A stretch of 64,000 nucleotides of DNA from an uncultured delta proteobacterium (GCA_963845515.1 CAWJSR010000010.1:128001-192000), one strand, 5' to 3'; numbered from the stretch's first letter, positions 33,272-43,092 are shown. Numbers and translations: made by a program. Notes: a model not told the origin generated them from the letters alone.

Positions 33272-34458
33272 CTACCGCACGCCCGCGGCGTCGAGCACTC
33301 CCTGTCCCCGGTGTGCGCTGGGGCAAGGCGTGTTCCACGAAGCACACGCAGCCGGTTGCCGCGCCAGACGACGTCGTTCCGCAGAAGTCCGTGGAGCCAC
33401 GCGGCGCCGAAGAGCAGGTCCTTCAGCGGGACGAGCATGAGGTCCGAGACGGGGAAGCCGCCGGTCCGGAGCAGGCGGCCGTTCGCCCCGTCGACGCCTG
33501 CCTTCGTGGCGCAGAGCCCGAGGAAGGCCAGGAGCGCCGCGCCCGACGGGGCCGCGGCGAGTCCCAGGGCGCCCAGCAGGACCGGGTTGAGGAGGAGCTG
33601 CGCGAGGTAGAGCGGCGTCCCGGCCGCCTTCCGCTGCATGACGCTCCACCTGGCGTATCGGCCGTAGAAGTCGGCGAGCCCTCGCCGCTCGTTCACGTTG
33701 GTGACCGGCGTCCGCGCGAGGACCACCCGCTTCCCGAGGCGGGCCGTCACCCACCGGCCGAGGACGTAGTCCTCGGCGAGCACGTCCTTCACCGCGTCGA
33801 AGCCACCGAGCGCCTCCAGGTCGGCGCGCCGCAGGGCCATCGACTTGCCGACGACGATGTCCTGCCCGGCCAGCCGCTTCGCGGCGACCATCCCCGGGGT
33901 GACGGACCCGGCGAGGTGTAGGTTGTCGAAGAGCGAGCCGAGCCGACGCTCGCCGGCCCCGGCGACCGGGTGGGTGACCAGGCCGACCTCCGGCGCCCGG
34001 AGCGCCTCGGCGATCTCGGCGAGGTATCCGGCCTCGACCCGGACGTTGGAGTCCGAGATCACGAGGAGGTCGTGGCGTGCTGCGGTGGCGAGGCCAATCA
34101 ACTGGTTCACCTTGGGGTTGTGGCCGGGCTCTCCGCGCTGGATGACTGCGCGGAAGCGGTGCGGCCACCGGCGCGCCGCCCGGAGCGCCACCGCCCACGC
34201 CGCGTCGCTCGTGCTTCGCACTCCGAGGAGGACCTCGTAGTCGCGATAGTCGAGAGAGGCGAAGGTGGCGAGGTTCTCCTCGAGCTGATCGTCGATCCCG
34301 CAGAGCGGCTTGAGGATGGAGACCCCGGGACCCACGGGATGTCCTGGGGGGCGCCGGCGCGGCGCGCAGTGGAGCCGGAGGGCGGCGTGCTGCGCCGCGA
34401 GGACGAGCAGCCCGAGGGACGCGAGCGCGAAGAGCACGGTGCCGGGTGATGGGTCCAT
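33272..34458 (-). CDS. Ceramide glucosyltransferase/HpnI-like GT21 glycosyltransferase (frameshift near 33300)
   Basis: N-terminal TM, 'SILKPLCG', 'NPKVNQL', 'ISDSN', 'LAEDY', 'YARWSVMQR', 'VVWRG'. Confidence 0.88.
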
Positions 34459-34527
34459 TCTTCCTCCGAGGCGCTCGGGCCGGCGAGGAGCCACCCGGCG
34501 CGTTGCAGACGAGGATGGACCCGGTGC

Positions 34528-34554
34528 GTGGCCAACCCGTGGAGAACCCGTGAC
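34528..34554 (-). promoter_or_regulatory. Putative Pho box for the lipid operon
   Basis: Minus strand GTCAC, TCCAC, GCCAC at 11-bp period; exact AACCCGTG direct repeat at 34534 and 34545. Confidence 0.55.
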
Positions 34555-34583
34555 GGGGCGGCAAACCGGTGGTGCATCCCGCC

Positions 34584-34610
34584 GTCACGAAGCGTTCACT
34601 CACCCGCCAT
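34584..34610 (+). promoter_or_regulatory. Putative Pho box for psiE-PAP2
   Basis: GTCAC (34584), TTCAC (34595), GCCAT (34606) at 11-bp period. Confidence 0.55.
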
Positions 34611-34645
34611 CAGTCCCGCACGCGCGCGAGGCAGGATCCCCTGCC

Positions 34646-35086
34646 ATGGTGCTCAACGAAGATGCTCTGGAAGCCCCCGTGATGCGCCTCTTCGAAGGTG
34701 CGTCGCGGGTGCTCTTGTCGCTGCTCATCGTCGCCGTCCTCACCGCGATGCTCGCCGGGATCGGCTACACCTTCTACGACCTGCGGCTCGTCCTCGGCGG
34801 GGAGGCGCACGAGGCCTTCCGGACGATCCTCGTCGACGTCCTGACGGTCCTCGCGATGGTCGAGGTGCTTCGGACCGCGCTCGCCTACTTCAGCGAAGGG
34901 CGGGTGAAGGTCACCTACATCATCGACACCGTCATCGTGACGGTCCTCACCGAGATCATGGCCTTCTGGTACCGGGACGTGCCGTGGCAGAAGCTGGCGA
35001 TGGTCCTCGCGGTCGTGATCTCGCTGGCGCTGGTGCGGATCGTCGCCGTTCGCTTCTCGCCCCGACGGGTGCAGGAGGAGCTGTAA
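34646..35086 (+). CDS. Phosphate-starvation-inducible PsiE-family membrane protein
   Basis: Four TM helices, 'DVLTVLAMVEVLRT...YF..GRVKVTYIIDT'. Confidence 0.8.
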   Translation: MVLNEDALEAPVMRLFEGASRVLLSLLIVAVLTAMLAGIGYTFYDLRLVLGGEAHEAFRTILVDVLTVLAMVEVLRTALAYFSEGRVKVTYIIDTVIVTVLTEIMAFWYRDVPWQKLAMVLAVVISLALVRIVAVRFSPRRVQEEL

Positions 35087-35169
35087 GCGTTGGTTCGGGT
35101 CGTCGAATTCACCGTTTCGTTGCGCCGTAGCCGTGCCGACGCCACGCGGGGACGGCATCATTCAGGGCG

Positions 35170-35772
35170 ATGACACGGATCGAAGCCCTCACACGCCGCC
35201 CTGGACTGACCCTCGCCGCCGCCGACCTCGGTCCGGTCGCGACGCTCGTCTGGTCGTCGCTCGCTCGCCTGCTCCGCTGGGACGAGGCGGTCCTGCTCAA
35301 GGCTCGCAGGCTTCACGGGCCGCGCCGCACGCTGCTCGCCCGTGCGCTCACCCGGGCGGGGGACGGCTCGAGCTGGACCCTGTACGGCCTGCTGCTGCTC
35401 GCGACCTTCGACCCCACGTGCACTTCGGCGGCGCTCCGGCTCGCCACCGCTGCGGGGATCGCCACCCTCCTCTCACAAGCACTGAAGCGGAGCCTCGGGC
35501 GGGCGCGGCCGGACCGCGCCATCGTCGGCTTCGAGGCTCTCTCCGGCAACCCGGACCGCTTCTCCTTCCCGTCGGGCCACACCGCCGCGGCCTTCGCCGT
35601 GGCCGTCGCCTTCGCGGGCGCTCCCGGGCTCTCGGTCGCCCTCTTCCTCTTCGCCGTCGCGATCGCGGTGTCACGCGTCTACCTCGGGGCGCACTACCCG
35701 CTCGACGTCGCGGCAGGCGCGGCGCTCGGATCCATCGCCGGGTTCGCGGCGCGAGCCCTGCTGGGGGCCTGA
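35170..35772 (+). CDS. PAP2-family lipid phosphatase
   Basis: 'KRSLGRARP', 'SFPSGH', 'SRVYLGAHYPLDV'. Confidence 0.9.
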   Translation: MTRIEALTRRPGLTLAAADLGPVATLVWSSLARLLRWDEAVLLKARRLHGPRRTLLARALTRAGDGSSWTLYGLLLLATFDPTCTSAALRLATAAGIATLLSQALKRSLGRARPDRAIVGFEALSGNPDRFSFPSGHTAAAFAVAVAFAGAPGLSVALFLFAVAIAVSRVYLGAHYPLDVAAGAALGSIAGFAARALLGA

Positions 35773-35866
35773 TCGCCGACGCCGCCAGGGCGGCGGTGGC
35801 GGCGGGCACGAGCGCGGTTCGGCCCCTCGGCTTCTTCGCGGACGCGCAAGGATCGCGAACCCTGCC

Positions 35867-35932
35867 CTCTTGGATGACTGGGAGCGAGCGCGAAGGTCCC
35901 AGCCGCTGGTGGACATCGAGCCGCTGATCTAG
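35867..35932 (+). pseudogene. C-terminal remnant of a DUF4160-family gene
   Basis: Translates 'LLDDWERARRSQPLVDIEPLI*', resembling the DUF4160 C-terminus, immediately before DUF2442; no matching N-terminal part. Confidence 0.55.
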
Positions 35933-35942
35933 ATTTGGCTAT

Positions 35943-36206
35943 ATGGTCGTCGTCGACGTCACCACCGTTCGCCCGCTCGCCGGCTTCGTCGTGGAGCTGG
36001 GATTCGAGGACGGGACGGTGAAACAGGTCGATCTGGAGCCCTACCTCACCGGACCGATCTTCGAGCCGGTGCGCCGCGACGCCGCCTTCTTCCGCTCGGT
36101 GCAGGTTGACCCGGAGATCGGCACGATCGTCTGGCCGAACGGGGCGGACATCGACCCGATGGTCCTGCGGTACGGGCTCCGGCCCGCGGCCTGGCCGGCA
36201 CAGTGA
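35943..36206 (+). CDS. DUF2442 domain protein (putative antitoxin)
   Basis: 'FEDG...VDL', 'GPIFEP', 'TIVWPNGADIDP'. Confidence 0.85.
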   Translation: MVVVDVTTVRPLAGFVVELGFEDGTVKQVDLEPYLTGPIFEPVRRDAAFFRSVQVDPEIGTIVWPNGADIDPMVLRYGLRPAAWPAQ

Positions 36207-36269
36207 GCAGGCGCCAAGCCTGGTATCGAACGGACGAGGCGCATTACCGAGCCATGAACATCGTGAGGC

Positions 36270-36674
36270 CTACGGCGCGATCAGCTCGACCTTCGGGAAG
36301 TTCGTCCGGTAGCGCGCCGCGTCCCGGGTGAGCAGCCGGAGGCCGGCGATCGCCGCGTGCGCGCCGATGTAGAAGTCGGGGAGCGGCGTGCGCCGCACGC
36401 CCCCCCGGCGCCGGTACGCCAGGAACGCCTTCCCGGCCAGGAAGCCGGCGTCGTAGGGGAGCTGATCCCGCCGGTACACGGACGCGGGGAGCGCCGCGTC
36501 CAGCTCCTCAATCCGGTCGAAGCCGACCGACACCTCGGCCCAGATGAGCGGGTTCACAACGAGCACGCTCCGCTCGGCCGCCCGCTCCAGCGCGGCGGAG
36601 GACCAGGAGAGCCATCGCGGATCCTCCGTCGCCACGTCTAGGAGGACGCTGCTGTCGACGAGGACCCCGCTCAT
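36270..36674 (-). CDS. vapC: VapC PIN-domain toxin
   Basis: 'LVDSSVLLD', 'PDFYIGAHA', 'LLTRD'. Confidence 0.92.
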   Translation of the reverse strand: MSGVLVDSSVLLDVATEDPRWLSWSSAALERAAERSVLVVNPLIWAEVSVGFDRIEELDAALPASVYRRDQLPYDAGFLAGKAFLAYRRRGGVRRTPLPDFYIGAHAAIAGLRLLTRDAARYRTNFPKVELIAP

Positions 36675-36904
36675 GTCGATCGCGTCAGCGCCAGGATCTC
36701 GTCGGTGCTCATCCGGGCCGTAGCCCGGCCGCGGAGCGCCTTCACGGCTGCCTCGCCGCGCGAGGGTCGCTTCGCGCCGCGGGACTTCCGGATGCGCACC
36801 GCCCCGCCAACGATCTCGAACTCGACCTCGGTGTTGGGGAGCAGCCCGGCCTCCTCGCGGATCGCCTGCGGGATGGTCACCTGCCCCTTCGACGTGATGC
36901 GCAT
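36671..36904 (-). CDS. vapB: AbrB/MazE-type antitoxin
   Basis: 'ITSKGQVTIP'; 4-nt overlap with vapC. Confidence 0.9.
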   Translation of the reverse strand: MRITSKGQVTIPQAIREEAGLLPNTEVEFEIVGGAVRIRKSRGAKRPSRGEAAVKALRGRATARMSTDEILALTRST

Positions 36905-36953
36905 CGCCGGCCTCCGTTCTTACTACAGATAGTAATGCCGGGCGGCCGGCGCC

Positions 36954-38684
36954 TCAAGCGGGCCTGCGCAGGTCCTTCAGCTTGAGCTGGAGGCGCCGCA
37001 CGCCGTCCCACTCGTCGAAGCCCATCGTGAAGGCCGCCTCGATCTCGCCGGCGCACGCGTCGAGGCGATCGCCCATGCCGAAGCCGATGGTGTCGACGCC
37101 GCTCCCGAGCAGCATCTTGAGGTGACGCCCTTCGGCGCCGATCTTCCGCGCGCGCGCCGCCGGGCCCCGCAGCGCCCACACTGGCTCGGGGTGGCCGGCG
37201 CCGAAGGGGCCCAGCTTCGCCAGGTCCGTCGCGGCCAGCTCGCCGACGTCGCCGGAGGCAACCCAGCCGTCGATCCGTGTCCGCGGAACCAGATCCTCGG
37301 GGGCGATCGTCAGGGAGGCGTACGCCTCGAACGCCTGCCGGAAGGCCGGCACGGAGGCCGGCTCGATCGTGACACCAGCCGCGTGCTTGTGGCCGCCGAA
37401 GCGGACGAGGTGCTCCGAGCAGGCGGCGAGGGCATCATAGAGGTGGAATCCCTCGATCGATCGGCCGCTCCCCTTGCCGACGCCGTCCAGCGCGCCGACG
37501 AGCACGGCCGGCCGGTGGAACCGCTCGACGATCCTGGACGCGACGATCCCCACGACGCCGGGATGCCAGCCGGGCCGATGGAGCACGAGGCCGCGAGCGC
37601 CCGCCTTCACGCGCGCAGCCGCGTCTTCGATCGCCTCCTCCAGGATGGCCCTCTCGATCTCCTGCCGCGCCTGGTTCTCGCGGTCGAGCTCCTCGGCGAG
37701 CGCGCGCGCCTCGCGGGCGTCGGCGGTCAGGAGCAGCCGTACGCCGCGCCCCGCGTCGTCGAGCCGCCCCGCGGCGTTGATCCTGGGGGCTAGCCGGAAA
37801 CCGACCTGCCCGGCGCCTACAGGCGCGCCGTCGACGAGCCCCGCCACCCGCTTGAGCGCCGCGAGGCCGGGGCGCTTCGTGTTGGCCAGCTGCTCCAGCC
37901 CCCACTTCACCAGGATCCGGTTGGCGCCGACGAGCGGCACCACGTCGGCCACCGTCCCGAGGGCGACGAGGTCGAGCGCCTCCTTCAGGTTCGGCTCAGG
38001 CCGGTCGCCCCCGAACCGCCCGGCCTCGCGGAGCGCCTTTCGCAGCGCCATCACGAGCGCGAAGGTCACGCCGACCGCCGCCAGGTCCTTCGTCGGGTAG
38101 CCGCACCCGGGCTGGTGGGGGTTGAGGATGGCGACGGCCAGCGGAAGCTCCACCGGCACGGTGTGATGGTCGACTATTACCGTCTCGACCCCCGCCGCGG
38201 TCGCCGCGCGCACCTCCTCGACGCCGGTGATGCCGCAGTCGAGCGTGACGAGCAGCTTGACGCCCTGCGTCGCGAGCCGCTCCACGGCCGCCACGTTCAG
38301 CCCATAGCCCTCGGCCAGCCGGTGTGGCGTGTAGGTGACGACGTCGGCCCCCGCGGCGCGCAGGAAGCCGGCGAGCAGGACCGTCGACGTGACGCCGTCC
38401 ACGTCGTAGTCGCCGTAGCAGGCGATCCGTTCGCCCGCGACGAGCGCACGGGCGATCCGTTCGACCGCGCCGCGCATCCCCTTCATCGTGTTTGGATCGG
38501 GGAGATCGGCGAGCTTCGCCTCCAGGAAGGCGCCGGCCTCTGCCGGATCGCCGTGGCCGCGGGCCGCGAGGACCCGGGCCGCCAGGGGATGCAAGCGAAG
38601 CGCGCCGGCGAGCCTCTCCGCCGCCCCCACGTCCACCGTGGCCTCCACCCACCGCCTCGCTCCCCGTCCCTCGGCGCGCTCCAC
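36954..38684 (-). CDS. recJ: ssDNA exonuclease RecJ
   Basis: 'YGDYDVDG', 'TLDCG', 'DHH', 'PRINAAGR', 'GGHKHAAG'; start uncertain. Confidence 0.95.
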   Translation of the reverse strand: MERAEGRGARRWVEATVDVGAAERLAGALRLHPLAARVLAARGHGDPAEAGAFLEAKLADLPDPNTMKGMRGAVERIARALVAGERIACYGDYDVDGVTSTVLLAGFLRAAGADVVTYTPHRLAEGYGLNVAAVERLATQGVKLLVTLDCGITGVEEVRAATAAGVETVIVDHHTVPVELPLAVAILNPHQPGCGYPTKDLAAVGVTFALVMALRKALREAGRFGGDRPEPNLKEALDLVALGTVADVVPLVGANRILVKWGLEQLANTKRPGLAALKRVAGLVDGAPVGAGQVGFRLAPRINAAGRLDDAGRGVRLLLTADAREARALAEELDRENQARQEIERAILEEAIEDAAARVKAGARGLVLHRPGWHPGVVGIVASRIVERFHRPAVLVGALDGVGKGSGRSIEGFHLYDALAACSEHLVRFGGHKHAAGVTIEPASVPAFRQAFEAYASLTIAPEDLVPRTRIDGWVASGDVGELAATDLAKLGPFGAGHPEPVWALRGPAARARKIGAEGRHLKMLLGSGVDTIGFGMGDRLDACAGEIEAAFTMGFDEWDGVRRLQLKLKDLRRPA

Positions 38685-38822
38685 GCACGGGTCGATATCA
38701 GCCGGGTCTGACACGGCCGCCGGCGCGGAAGTCCCAGGCCAACGTTCACCCTGGGGCCTGCGACCTCGTGCCGCCTGCCCATCTCCGCTCCAAGTCTTCA
38801 CCATCTGAAAAGGCCCCCTGAC

Positions 38823-40013
38823 ATGAACCCCCTCGCCCTCGCGCTCGCTGCCCTCTCCGCCGCCCTGCCGGGCGCCGCGCCGGCGACGTCCTCCGGCGCG
38901 GACCCCGGGCCGAAGCCGATCCTGATCGGGCTCGACGCCGAGTTCGGGCGCCCCACGGGCACCGCCGACGACGCCATCAAGCAGGGGATCCTCATCGCCA
39001 TCGACGAGGTCAACCGCGCCGGCGGCCTGCTCGGCGGCCGTAAGCTCGCGCTCGTCGAGACCGACAACCGCTCGGTCCCGGCGCGGGCGGTCCAGAACAC
39101 GACCGAGCTAGGCGCCAACCCGGACGTGGTCGCCATGTTCTGCGGCCGGTTCTCCACCGCCGTGATGGAGACGCTCGACGCGGTCCACGCCGCGAGGATC
39201 CCGCTGCTGGACCCGTGGGCGGCGGCTGACAAGCTCGTCGACAACGGCCGCTCCCCGAACTACGTCTTCCGCCTCTCGCTCCGCGACAGCTGGGCGGTGC
39301 CGGCGATGCTCGACCACGCCCACGGGCACGGCTACCGGCGGCTCGCCGTGCTGGTGGCCAACGTCGCCTGGGGGCGCGCCAACCAGTCCCTCATCGAGAA
39401 GCTCGCCCCCGCCCGCGGCTTCACCCTCGTCGGCGCCGAGTCGTTCCGGTACGGCGACGGCACGGTCATGTCGAAGTACCGCTCCCTGCTCGAGGCGAGG
39501 CCGGACGCGCTGCTGATCGTGACGAGCGAGAACGAGGGGGTGGAGCTGATAAAGGGCGTGGCGGCGCTCCCAGCTAGGAAGCGGCTCCCGCTCCTCAGCC
39601 ACTGGAGCATCACGGGATCGAACTTCCGGGCGCTCACCGGGGCCGCGCTGGACCGGGTCGACCTGGCCGTCGTCCAGACCTGGAGCATCAAGGACGCTGG
39701 AGGGAGGCGGCTCGACGCGGTGCTCGCGGCGGCCCGAAGGCTCTTCGGCGTGAGGTCGGCTACCGGGATCGTGTCGCCGGTCGGCCTGGCCCACGCCTAT
39801 GACCTGACCCACCTGCTGGCGAACGCCATCGCGAAGGCCGGCAGCACCGACCGCGCCGCCGTCCGCGACGCGCTGGAGCGGCTGGGGCCGTACGAGGGGC
39901 TGATCAAGACCTACCACCAGCCCTTCACGGCCGACCGTCACGAGGCGCTCTCGTCCACCGACGTCTTCCTGGCGCGCTACGCGCGCGGCGGGACGCTGGT
40001 CCGGATCCGCTGA
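38823..40013 (+). CDS. Orphan branched-chain amino acid-type (LivJ-like) periplasmic binding protein
   Basis: Signal peptide, 'EVNRAGGLLGGRKL', 'YVFRLS', 'AHAYD'; no permease or ATPase adjacent. Confidence 0.82.
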   Translation: MNPLALALAALSAALPGAAPATSSGADPGPKPILIGLDAEFGRPTGTADDAIKQGILIAIDEVNRAGGLLGGRKLALVETDNRSVPARAVQNTTELGANPDVVAMFCGRFSTAVMETLDAVHAARIPLLDPWAAADKLVDNGRSPNYVFRLSLRDSWAVPAMLDHAHGHGYRRLAVLVANVAWGRANQSLIEKLAPARGFTLVGAESFRYGDGTVMSKYRSLLEARPDALLIVTSENEGVELIKGVAALPARKRLPLLSHWSITGSNFRALTGAALDRVDLAVVQTWSIKDAGGRRLDAVLAAARRLFGVRSATGIVSPVGLAHAYDLTHLLANAIAKAGSTDRAAVRDALERLGPYEGLIKTYHQPFTADRHEALSSTDVFLARYARGGTLVRIR

Positions 40014-40026
40014 GGGCCTTTGCGGG

Positions 40027-40067
40027 CTCCCTCACCCTGACCCTCTCCCTCGGTGAGGGAGAGGGGA
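40027..40067. repeat. REP-like palindromic repeat
   Basis: CTCCCTCACCCTGACCCTCTCCCTCGGTGAGGGAGAGGGGA, exact reverse complement of 54590-54630. Confidence 0.85.
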
Positions 40068-40099
40068 CAGTCGTCGAGGGAGGGGACAGCAGTCGCCTA

Positions 40100-41260
40100 C
40101 TAGGCCGGTGACCGGACGCCGGCCTTCTTCGCCGCCCGCTCCTCGAGCCAGACCGTCATCGGCGCGGCGATGAACCACGTCGAGTAGGTGCCCGAGACGA
40201 TGCCGATGAGCATCGCGAAGGCGAAGTCGAAGATCGTCCCGACGCCGAAGATCAGGAGGCCGACCAGCGAGAGGGCCGTGGCGAAGGACGTCAGGAACGT
40301 CCGACCCAGCGTCTCGTTGATCGACACGTTCACGATGTCGCCGAGCGCCTTCCCCTTCAGCTTCTGCGCGTTCTCGCGGATACGATCGTAGACGACGACC
40401 GTGTCGTTGACCGAGTAGCCGACCACCGTGAGGATCACGGCGATCGAGGTCAGGTTGAACTCGCGTCCGCTGAAGGCGAAGTAGCCGAACGTGATGATGG
40501 CGTCGTGGATGATCGCGATGATCACGCCCGGGGCGAAGCGGAAGTCGAACCGCAGGCCGACGTAGATCACGATGAGGGCCATGGCGTAGAGGACCGCCTT
40601 GAACCCCTGGTTGCGCAGCTCGCGCCCGACCGCCGGACCGACGAACTCGAGGCGGCGGACCTCCGGCTTCGCCTGGGCGAAGCGGACGCCCAGGTCCTGC
40701 TCCACCTTCTCCCGGATCCCCTGCGTGATGACGGCGTAGGAGCGTGTGCCGGCCGCGAGCCCCTGCTCGTCGCGGACCTCGCGCACCCGGACGCCGGCCT
40801 GCTCCACGACGACCTTGAGCGCGGCCGGGTCCACGGGGGAGTCGAACTGGAAGTCGACCTTGTCCCCCATGTCGGCGTTGAAGGCAGGCTGCCCCTTCAC
40901 CGGGAAGGCGGCGCGTACCGCCCCCACCACCTTCTCGAAGTCCTCGGCGCTCATGAGGGCGACGCGCCCGACGCGGATGAGGAAGGTGTTCTCGGACACG
41001 GCGCCGTACGTCTGGACCGACGCGTCCTTGAACCCCAGGGCCTCCACGCCGTGCCGGATGTCGCCGGGGTCGACGGCTGCGGAGAACTTCACCTCCATCT
41101 CGGTGCCGCCGGCGAAGTCGACGCCGAAGTTGAGCCCCTTGATGGACCAGCCGATGACGGCGAGGTTGACCAGCAGCGAGAGCACCACGGCGATGTGGCG
41201 CTTCCCGACGAAGTCGAACTTCGTGCCGTGTGGGACGATGTCGAAGCTCTTGAAGATCAT
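40100..41260 (-). CDS. secF: Protein translocase subunit SecF
   Basis: 'GVDFAGG', 'VGYSVNDTVVVYDRIRE'. Confidence 0.96.
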   Translation of the reverse strand: MIFKSFDIVPHGTKFDFVGKRHIAVVLSLLVNLAVIGWSIKGLNFGVDFAGGTEMEVKFSAAVDPGDIRHGVEALGFKDASVQTYGAVSENTFLIRVGRVALMSAEDFEKVVGAVRAAFPVKGQPAFNADMGDKVDFQFDSPVDPAALKVVVEQAGVRVREVRDEQGLAAGTRSYAVITQGIREKVEQDLGVRFAQAKPEVRRLEFVGPAVGRELRNQGFKAVLYAMALIVIYVGLRFDFRFAPGVIIAIIHDAIITFGYFAFSGREFNLTSIAVILTVVGYSVNDTVVVYDRIRENAQKLKGKALGDIVNVSINETLGRTFLTSFATALSLVGLLIFGVGTIFDFAFAMLIGIVSGTYSTWFIAAPMTVWLEERAAKKAGVRSPA

Positions 41261-43092
41261 CAGACGCTCAGCCTCGCCGTGTCGTGGCGCGTGAAGTACT
41301 CCATGAAGACGCGGGTCACCACGATGCTCGTGAACATCGAGGCAACCAGGCCGATGATCAGGGTCACCGCGAAGCCGCGCACCGGGCCGGTGCCGTAGTT
41401 CATGAGCACCACCGCGGCCGCCAGCGTCGTCACGTGCGCGTCGACGATGGTCCAGAAGACCTTGTCGTAGCCGAGCTGGACCGCCTGCTTGGTCCCCTTG
41501 CCCGCCCGGAGCTCCTCGCGGATGCGCTCGTTGATGAGCACGTTGGCGTCGACCGCCATGCCCAGGGTGAGGACGAAGCCTGCGATGCCCGGCAGGGTCA
41601 AGGTGGAGCCGATCATCGACATGACCGCGAGGACCAGCAGTCCGTTCAGGGCCAGCGCCACGTCGGCGATGAGCCCGCTGCCGCGGTAGTAGAGCACCAT
41701 GAAGACGAGGACGATGGCGAGGCCGACGAGCGCCGCGAGCGTCCCTGCCCGCACCAGCTCGGGCCCGAGCGTCGCGCCGACGGTCCGCTCCTCGAAGATG
41801 GTCATCGGCGCGGGGAGGGCGCCGGCCTTCAGGACGAGGGCGATCTCGTTCGCCTCGTCGTTCATCTCCTGGAAGTTCTTGCCGCCGCCCAGCGTGATCT
41901 GCCCGTTGGACGAGATCGTGGACTGGATGTACGGGGCCGTCTCGACCTTGTCGTCGAGGACGGTGGCCATCCGCCGCTTCACGTTGTCGGTCGTGAGCTT
42001 CTCCATCAGCCGGGCACCCTCCGCCGACATCGCGAAGGTCACGATCGGCTTCCCGCCACCGATGGCCGCCTGGTCGAAGCTGGCGCGCGCGTCGGCGATG
42101 TAGTCGCCGGTCATCTCCACCTTCGAGCGCATCAGGAAGGTCCGGTAGTAACCCTTCCGGAAGGCGCCCTCCCCGACGAAGCTCTCGCCGACGCCGATCG
42201 TGTTCTTGGCAGCGTCCACGAGCGGCTTCACCTTGTCGGCGATCACCTTGTCGAGCTGCGTACGGTCGTTGGCCGCGACCACCGTGCTCTCGCGGGTGGC
42301 GCCAGTCGGCAGCTCGACGTTCTCGACCGTCCAGCAGCCGGTCTCGGGCAGCGGGAGCTGGATGCCATCACGGGTGCTCGCGCAGACGGGGAGCTGGCCC
42401 CGCACGGCGTCGAGGGCCGGGTTCTCGTCGTCGCAGATCCTGAACTCGAGCTGCGCGGTCCGCCCGAGCAGCTCCTTCGCCTTCTGGGGGTCCTTGAACC
42501 CCGGCAGCTGGATCTGGACCTGGTTGACGCCCTTGCGCTTGATGTCGGGCTCGGTCACGCCCCACTTGTCGATGCGGTTGCGGATGGTCTTCTCCGCCTG
42601 CTGGACCGCCTTGGCGCGAAACTCCTGGACCACCTTGTCCATGAAGGCGAAGTGCACGGCGCCGGCGGGCGCGCCGCCCGGCGCGTACATCTCCTGGCCG
42701 TAGCCGTCGAGCACGCTCGCCTCGAGCGCGCCCGCGTCGGCGGTGCGGCACTCCACCCGGGCGCCGTCGGCGGTGGGGGCGCAGGACTCGAAGGCGACCT
42801 TCTTCTCCTGGAGCCAGCTCGTGATCTCGTCGGCGCGACGGGCCACCTTCGCCTTCACGGCCTTGTCGACGTCGACTCCCATCGCGAGGTGGATGCCGCC
42901 CTGCAGGTCGAGTCCGAGGTTCAGGTGCTTCTTCGCGTTGGGCGCCCAGCGCGGGACCGACTTCTCGAACGCGTCGGTGTTCCGCTGCTCCGGCGACAGG
43001 CTGAAGTAGTGCCAGGTCGGGACAAGCTGGTAGACGGAGAGGACCGTGACCGCGAGGACGATCGCGAGCCTCCAGTTCCAGGAGCGATCCAT
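41260..43092 (-). CDS. secD: Protein translocase subunit SecD
   Basis: 'LGLDLQGG', 'LTLPGIAG', 'GMAVDANVLINERIREE'. Confidence 0.96.
   Translation of the reverse strand: MDRSWNWRLAIVLAVTVLSVYQLVPTWHYFSLSPEQRNTDAFEKSVPRWAPNAKKHLNLGLDLQGGIHLAMGVDVDKAVKAKVARRADEITSWLQEKKVAFESCAPTADGARVECRTADAGALEASVLDGYGQEMYAPGGAPAGAVHFAFMDKVVQEFRAKAVQQAEKTIRNRIDKWGVTEPDIKRKGVNQVQIQLPGFKDPQKAKELLGRTAQLEFRICDDENPALDAVRGQLPVCASTRDGIQLPLPETGCWTVENVELPTGATRESTVVAANDRTQLDKVIADKVKPLVDAAKNTIGVGESFVGEGAFRKGYYRTFLMRSKVEMTGDYIADARASFDQAAIGGGKPIVTFAMSAEGARLMEKLTTDNVKRRMATVLDDKVETAPYIQSTISSNGQITLGGGKNFQEMNDEANEIALVLKAGALPAPMTIFEERTVGATLGPELVRAGTLAALVGLAIVLVFMVLYYRGSGLIADVALALNGLLVLAVMSMIGSTLTLPGIAGFVLTLGMAVDANVLINERIREELRAGKGTKQAVQLGYDKVFWTIVDAHVTTLAAAVVLMNYGTGPVRGFAVTLIIGLVASMFTSIVVTRVFMEYFTRHDTARLSV

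Noticed and set aside
32842..34494. Apparent GT21 plus GT-B fusion ORF (550 aa)
   Set aside because: One extra G near 33300 ends GT21 at TAG 33272-33274, and the second gene has its own ATG at 33261; likely an indel artefact
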